From Acidobacteriota bacterium (lineage in GTDB: Bacteria; Acidobacteriota; CAIWXX01), in contig JBFMAF010000026.1 in the NCBI GenBank assembly GCA_040755995.1, forward strand, positions 76,889-140,888: a DNA stretch of 64,000 nucleotides. Reading direction: 5' to 3'. Below the pieces are notes generated by a model that saw only the letters and a program-made list of their open reading frames with translations, had not been told where the DNA came from and did not search any database. Positions 59,107 to 64,000 of the stretch are shown in pieces; the first letter of the stretch is position 1; the number at the start of each line of letters is the position of its first letter. A program made the position numbers and the translations under genes.

Positions 59107-59352
59107 TATACAGCGCGTCATCAGTCCACAACAGATCCCCGAGCCGCCTTCGTCCGGCGGCACCGCACGTGCACACGTGAACGTAGACATCGACGTGAAC
59201 GTGAACGAATCCCAGCGGTTGGGCCGTTCACGTCCACGTTCACGTTCTACGATCACGATCAGCAACCAGCTGGGGAAGGTGTCTCTGAATGGTATCACCG
59301 CACCACAGCATTGGCACCGGATCGGGGAGTCGACGCGCCGGATGACGCGCTG
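59107..59352. repeat. Copy 2 of the shared cis element, interrupted by a (GTGAAC)n hairpin
   Basis: 59107-59136 matches 16831-16860 at 28/30; 12-bp inverted repeat 59111-59122 / 59341-59352; hexamer inverted repeats at about 59166-59260. Confidence 0.8.
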
Positions 59353-59371
59353 CGTCACAACAGGATGACGC

Positions 59372-59433
59372 TTGACTGAAATAGGTAATATCATTAGTCT
59401 GATGTTGTCTTAAGATCGTAAGGTTATGACAAC
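59372..59433 (+). promoter_or_regulatory. Putative sigma70 promoter and GntR autoregulatory half-sites
   Basis: TTGACT-N17-TAGTCT (59372-59400); GTTGTC (59404) ... GACAAC (59428) inverted half-sites overlapping the start codon. Confidence 0.5.
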
Positions 59434-60190
59434 CGGACAATCGAATCCACCAACTGAGCCTCTGGACCGTGATCATCACCAGAAGCTGTATGTGCAGCTA
59501 TATGAGGCGTTGAAGCGCAAGATCGAGACAGGGGAGTGGGCGGTTGGATCGCAGATTCCGACCGAGGGCGGGCTCTGCGAGATGTTCAACGTGAGCCGAG
59601 CTACTGTGCGTGCAGCCATGCAGGACCTTGCCCGCCAGGGCTATCTGACTCGCCGGCAGGGCAAGGGTACATTTGTTCAGCGGCGGACGGCATCCGAAGG
59701 TCTCCCGGTACACACGAGCTTCCAGGAGCTGATGCTGGAAGACGCGGCGAAATGCGCCGTCACACTACTGGCGCGCACGGTCATGATGCCGGTGGACGGG
59801 CTGGACGCGGAGCTCGGCATCGCTCCGGACAGGCACGTGATCTACATCAGGCGGCTCTGGGCGATGGCGAACGAGCCGGTGATTCAGCAGGAGGCCTACA
59901 TCCCCTACCAGGCGTGCCCTGCTCTTCTGGAAGCGGAAATCTCAGGTGAGCCGCTGGTGTCGATTCTGGAGCGCAAGCACGGTATCAGGATCACTCGAGT
60001 GAGAACAAGGCTGGATGCGGTCCCGGCCGGCCCGGCGGATCGAAAGGCGATGAAAGTGCACGAAGGGTCCCCGTTGCTGGTTCTGCTCCAGCATTTCTAC
60101 TCCGGCGATACCGCCGTCGCATACGCGCGTTCGATAAAACCGGCTCGAAAACAGAGCCTGCTACTGGACTTCGAAAGGGAATCGGCTTGA
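59426..60190 (+). CDS. GntR-family regulator (HutC/UTRA type)
   Basis: LYVQL...IPTEGGLCEMFNVSRATVRAA...RRQGKGTFV; UTRA-like C-terminal domain. Confidence 0.93.
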   Translation: MTTGQSNPPTEPLDRDHHQKLYVQLYEALKRKIETGEWAVGSQIPTEGGLCEMFNVSRATVRAAMQDLARQGYLTRRQGKGTFVQRRTASEGLPVHTSFQELMLEDAAKCAVTLLARTVMMPVDGLDAELGIAPDRHVIYIRRLWAMANEPVIQQEAYIPYQACPALLEAEISGEPLVSILERKHGIRITRVRTRLDAVPAGPADRKAMKVHEGSPLLVLLQHFYSGDTAVAYARSIKPARKQSLLLDFERESA

Positions 60191-60205
60191 TGAAAGGAGG
60201 AGCCA

Positions 60206-60730
60206 ATGTCTGATACCAAGGTCGTCAAAGATCTGATGATCGGCATCTTCGACTACCCGCATGTACCGTACTGGTTCTCGATCAGCCAGGCAATCAAGAT
60301 CGTGAGGGTATCGTTCCTGGACACCAACAAGTATCCCGAGCCGCTCGCGATCCTCGTCTTTGACCAGAAATACCACCTCCTCGGCACACTCACGCTCCGG
60401 GATATCCTTCGCGGATTGGAACCCAAGTTCCTGAAGGCGACTGTCGGCGGAGCCCATATCGTGGAGGGGGACCAGACGGAGCTCGCGCTCATCTGGGACA
60501 GTCTCTTCGACATCAAGGCGAAGGAGATGGCGGAGAGGCCGGTGAGCGAGATCATGATCCCGGCCAAGCACTTCGTGGAACCGCATGATCCGATCACGAA
60601 AGCCGCGTACCTGATGCTGCAGCATGACCTTGTGCTGCTGCCGGTTCTCGAAGAGAAGCGGAAGTTCGTCGGCTTGGTGCGCATGATCGAGATCTTCGAC
60701 GCGCTCTCGAACGCGATTCTGAAGGAGTAG
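60206..60730 (+). CDS. CBS-domain protein
   Basis: VKDLMI, LLGTLTLRDIL, VSEIMIP, LPVLE..KFVGLVRMIEIF. Confidence 0.88.
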   Translation: MSDTKVVKDLMIGIFDYPHVPYWFSISQAIKIVRVSFLDTNKYPEPLAILVFDQKYHLLGTLTLRDILRGLEPKFLKATVGGAHIVEGDQTELALIWDSLFDIKAKEMAERPVSEIMIPAKHFVEPHDPITKAAYLMLQHDLVLLPVLEEKRKFVGLVRMIEIFDALSNAILKE

Positions 60731-60735
60731 CGGAG

Positions 60736-62250
60736 ATGGCAGAGGAGAAGAGGGCCGTCGAGGGACTGCCTGCGCCGCCTCTCGAAATCACCGTCGCGGT
60801 TCCCACGGTCAAGGTTGACTGGAAGCGGATCCTTTTCATTGCCTTGGGCCTGGCGCTTTTCCTGATTGTCTTCTACATGCCGCCGTGGCCCGACGCCGTC
60901 GACCCGCTGGGCAAGCACTTCACGCTCTCCAAAGAGGGGAAGGCCGCGATCGCGCTGTTCCTGATGGCCGGCACCTGGTGGGTCGCCGAGGTGGTGCCGA
61001 TCGGCGCCACGGCCATTGCGATCGGTGTATTCCAGGTTCTGTTCAACATCCGCCCGGCCAAAGAAGCATTCAAAGATTTCTTTGATCCGTCCGTATGGTT
61101 CATATTCGGATCCGTCGTCATCGGGGCCGCCTTCACCAGGACCGGCCTCACAAAGCGGCTGGCCGTGCAGATGCTCTCGATCGTGGGAGAGCGCACCAGC
61201 ATGATCCTTCTCGGCTCATATCTCGTGACCGCCGGACTGACTCTGGTGATGGCCCACACCGCCGCGGCTGCCACCGTCTTCCCGATCCTCATGGCCACCT
61301 ATGCACTGTACGGCGAAGGCGATCGCAAGACGAAGTTTGGCAAGGCGCTTTTCATCGGGATGGCGTACGCCGCAGGTGCTGGCAGCATCATTACGTACCT
61401 GGGCGCGGCGCGTGGGCCCGCCGCGGCCGGGATGTTCAAGGAGTTCACCGGGCGTGAGATGGGCTTCTTCCAGCTGCCGCTCTACATGCTCCTGATCGCC
61501 GTCGTGATGACCTTCGTCATCTGGGTCAACTTCATGGTCTTCCTGAAGCCGGAGAAGAAGACGATCCCGGGCTTGAAGGAGAAGGTGAAGCATCTTGCGA
61601 GAGAGCTCGGGCCGATGACGATCGGCGAGAAGTTCGTGATCGCAATCGTCGTCCTCGTCGTCCTCCTGATGGGCCTGCAGGCGTTTGTGCCGGCGCTCAA
61701 GACGATCGACCGAGCTGCAATCATGCTGATCGCCACACTGGCGTTCTTCGTGTTCAAGATCCTGACGGTGAAGGAGCTCGAGGAGATCCCGTGGAACATC
61801 ATCCTGCTTTTCGGCGGGGCGATGAGCATCGGCTTCTGCCTGTGGCGAACGGGCGGGGCCGAGTGGCTCGCGATCGAGTGGCTCGGGCTGTTCAAGGATG
61901 CGCCGTGGTTGATATTCGTGCTGAGCGTCGCGTTCTTCGTTCTGATCACGACCAACTTCATCATGAACGTGGCGGCGATCGCGCTGTCGCTGCCGATCTC
62001 TCTAGTTGTGGCGAAGTACATGGGTGTGGCTCCCGAGGTGATCGTATATGCATCACTCGTAACAGCAGGCATGCCGTTCTTGTTGCTCATCGGTGCAGCG
62101 CCCAACGCGATCGCGTACGGCTCGGAGCAGTTCACGGCCGGAGAGTATTTCAAGTACGGATTGATCCCGACGGTGGTGCTGATGGTCGTGCTCGGCATCG
62201 CGATCGTGACAATCTGGCCGCTCTGCGGAATGCCCGTGCTCGTGAAATAG
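60736..62250 (+). CDS. SLC13/DASS-family anion or dicarboxylate permease
   Basis: WWVAEVVPIGATA, TGLTKRLA, IPWNIILLFGGA, GAAPNAIAYGS. Confidence 0.92.
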   Translation: MAEEKRAVEGLPAPPLEITVAVPTVKVDWKRILFIALGLALFLIVFYMPPWPDAVDPLGKHFTLSKEGKAAIALFLMAGTWWVAEVVPIGATAIAIGVFQVLFNIRPAKEAFKDFFDPSVWFIFGSVVIGAAFTRTGLTKRLAVQMLSIVGERTSMILLGSYLVTAGLTLVMAHTAAAATVFPILMATYALYGEGDRKTKFGKALFIGMAYAAGAGSIITYLGAARGPAAAGMFKEFTGREMGFFQLPLYMLLIAVVMTFVIWVNFMVFLKPEKKTIPGLKEKVKHLARELGPMTIGEKFVIAIVVLVVLLMGLQAFVPALKTIDRAAIMLIATLAFFVFKILTVKELEEIPWNIILLFGGAMSIGFCLWRTGGAEWLAIEWLGLFKDAPWLIFVLSVAFFVLITTNFIMNVAAIALSLPISLVVAKYMGVAPEVIVYASLVTAGMPFLLLIGAAPNAIAYGSEQFTAGEYFKYGLIPTVVLMVVLGIAIVTIWPLCGMPVLVK

Positions 62251-62322
62251 GGGAAAGGCGAGAGGGAATAGGGGAAAGGGTGGGGAGGCACGGAGCACCG
62301 AGCACTGAGCGCTGAGCACCGC
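62250..62322. repeat. Purine heptamer repeats followed by (gagcacc/gagcact) heptamer repeats
   Basis: ggggaaa-ggcgaga-gggaata-ggggaaa; gagcacc-gagcact-gagcgct-gagcacc. Confidence 0.6.
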
Positions 62323-62366
62323 GCAGCAGCCACTCTTCCTCACGAGCCAGGACTCACGGAGGGGGC

Positions 62367-63080
62367 ATGGCATTCGAGGATATCCTGAGGGGCAGTTTTG
62401 GAAAAGTGCTCACGGAGACGAGTTTCGTCAAGAGGAGCTACAACACGCTCAAGGATCACGGGTTCACCGACGACAACTCGATCGCCTCGGTCTGCGTGTG
62501 CCGGGACGAGATTTCGCAGCCGATCCGCAGCGCGATTCGCAGTACGTGGGGCGAGGCGTTCAATCTGTCGAGCCTCGGCGCCATGTTCACCGCGGGCAAG
62601 ACGGGGCTGCGGGCCGCAATGAACCACTCGCCGCAGGTTGAGGGGAAGGAGCGGTACATCTTCTATATCCTGCCGCACATAGCGATCGACGAACAGGGGA
62701 CCGCGGGCTCCTACCGGCGCAGAGGCTCGCGGCTGTCCAGCGCGTGCGGCGCCTTGTGCCAGTTCCTGGCGGAGCTGAGGGAACGGCGGGTGCGCATCTT
62801 GATGGACGAGGAGGACGTCGAGGAGAGCCTACTCAAGCGGCGTCTCGTGAGAGAGATCCCATGGGGCGAGATACCCGAGCTGATCCCGCTCACCGAGATC
62901 GCCCGGCGGGTATCGCAGAGCGACCTCGAACACGCCTTGTACAAGGTGGTGGACTTCGCCACGAGCGATACGGCCGTCCTCACGGGCATCCAGATCCACG
63001 GGCCCGAATCGAACTATGTCGCGCCACGAGAATCATACTTGATACTGAACGGGCAGAGGCAGGAGCTAAGGCTGGTGTAA
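62367..63080 (+). CDS. LCIB/LCIC-family protein (candidate theta-class carbonic anhydrase)
   Basis: VCVCRDEI, GKTGLRAAMNHSP, ERYIFYILPHIAI, SSACGAL (Cys/His/Cys ligand set). Confidence 0.85.
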   Translation: MAFEDILRGSFGKVLTETSFVKRSYNTLKDHGFTDDNSIASVCVCRDEISQPIRSAIRSTWGEAFNLSSLGAMFTAGKTGLRAAMNHSPQVEGKERYIFYILPHIAIDEQGTAGSYRRRGSRLSSACGALCQFLAELRERRVRILMDEEDVEESLLKRRLVREIPWGEIPELIPLTEIARRVSQSDLEHALYKVVDFATSDTAVLTGIQIHGPESNYVAPRESYLILNGQRQELRLV

Positions 63081-63151
63081 GCAGTGCTGGCGCTGAGTCG
63101 ATACGCGCTGAGCTTGCACCGCCGGACGACTTCCAGAGGAGATAGTGAATC

Positions 63152-64000
63152 ATGCAGAAACGCGCTAATGATTGCGGCTGGCAGGTGGACTGTGAGAACG
63201 GCCGGAGGGAGAGCCCGTGCGGCTTCGGAGTGTCCTTGAGTGTTGCGATACTTCTCGCCCTGGCGGTGGGCGTAGGTCTCGGCTCAGGGGCCGAAGGCGG
63301 GCAGCCTGACGAGATTCTGCACATTTCCGGTACCGTGACCGATGCGCACAGGGAACCGGTGCGGGGAGCGCAGGTGATGATTCTCGTAGACAGCGCGCCT
63401 CAACAGCTGATGGTTGGGGAGGAGCTGGAGCTGTCCACCGAGACGTCTCCGCTCGGCTCCTACGTCGCCAAGGTCGTACTGCCTCCGGGACAGATCCACA
63501 CGGCGGGAATCGAGGTCGAGATAGCCAAGACCGCGTACACGCAGGTACGCATCGCGATCGAGAAGGAAGCCCTGGCGAGCAAAGGCGATGTCCACTACGC
63601 CGTTCTCGACGTGCAGCTGAAACGAGTGCTCGGGCCGGCCTTCTACCTTGCGACGGTGTTATTCCTGGTGGTCTACATCCTCATCTCCTTCGAGCTGCTC
63701 CACCGCACGATGGCTGCCATGCTCGGAGCTGCCATCATGCTGCTGGTGAGCTATACGGCCGGCACGCTCAACCCGGACTACTATCTCATATCTTTCGAAC
63801 GGGCCATGCGCGCGATAGACATGAACGTCGTATTTCTGTTGATGGGGATGATGATCATCGTGGGAGTGCTCAAGCACACCGGGGTCTTCCAGTGGTGCGC
63901 TTACATGAGCTTCAAGCTCGCACGCGGAAACGTGGCCGGCCTCGCTGTGATCTCCTGCATCTTCATCGCGGTGACTTCTGCGTTCCTGGACAACGTCACG
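63152..64000 (+). CDS. ArsB/NhaD (ion-transporter superfamily) permease with N-terminal periplasmic beta domain (truncated by window end)
   Basis: Manual translation, absent from the ORF track: HISGTVTDAHREPVRGAQV..., YILISFELLHRTMAAMLG, IDMNVVFLLMGMMIIV, SAFLDNVT. Confidence 0.85.
   Translation, partial: MQKRANDCGWQVDCENGRRESPCGFGVSLSVAILLALAVGVGLGSGAEGGQPDEILHISGTVTDAHREPVRGAQVMILVDSAPQQLMVGEELELSTETSPLGSYVAKVVLPPGQIHTAGIEVEIAKTAYTQVRIAIEKEALASKGDVHYAVLDVQLKRVLGPAFYLATVLFLVVYILISFELLHRTMAAMLGAAIMLLVSYTAGTLNPDYYLISFERAMRAIDMNVVFLLMGMMIIVGVLKHTGVFQWCAYMSFKLARGNVAGLAVISCIFIAVTSAFLDNVT

Noticed and set aside
1..64000. CRISPR array, tRNA or rRNA
   Set aside because: No regularly spaced repeat-spacer array and no recognisable RNA gene motifs by eye; a covariance search was not possible

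Overview
GC-rich bacterial window. The gene mix (TIGR02999-type ECF sigma, Hanks kinase-TPR proteins, secreted LRR/Ig/IPT proteins, fhs) suggests an anaerobic Acidobacteriota-like organism carrying Deltaproteobacteria-style signalling clusters; this taxonomy is inference only. Layout: (1) 1-11.2 kb, housekeeping and membrane genes, including a LysM/PG-binding plus Zn-protease pair, an APC transporter, rsmA, a dapF with both catalytic Cys replaced by Ser, an M20 peptidase with altered active site, and a TrmH methyltransferase. (2) 11.4-23.3 kb, cluster A: two PEP-synthase-like dikinase proteins with an unknown C-terminal domain, SulP, a CMP-kinase-like/BON/REC fusion, a sensor kinase, a response regulator and a histidine-kinase-like protein lacking ATP-binding motifs. 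(3) 23.3-40 kb, an accessory patchwork of gene fragments, IS91/ISCR remnants, an attC-like site, toxin-antitoxin genes and two paralogous LRR proteins that differ mainly on the predicted binding face. (4) 40-48.4 kb, fhs, a P-type ATPase and a Ser/Thr kinase. (5) 48.6-64 kb, cluster B: a sigma54-driven TauE/CMP-kinase-like/USP operon, a Lon protease with an inserted receiver domain, an NtrC-type regulator plus kinase, a third dikinase-like protein lacking its catalytic domains, then GntR-CBS-SLC13-LCIB-like-ArsB/NhaD. The best candidate for an undescribed system is clusters A and B together: a dikinase-linked phosphorelay coupled to anion transport and receiver-gated proteolysis, with a shared cis element. 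No rRNA, tRNA or CRISPR array was recognised. All family calls come from reading motifs by eye; no searches were run.
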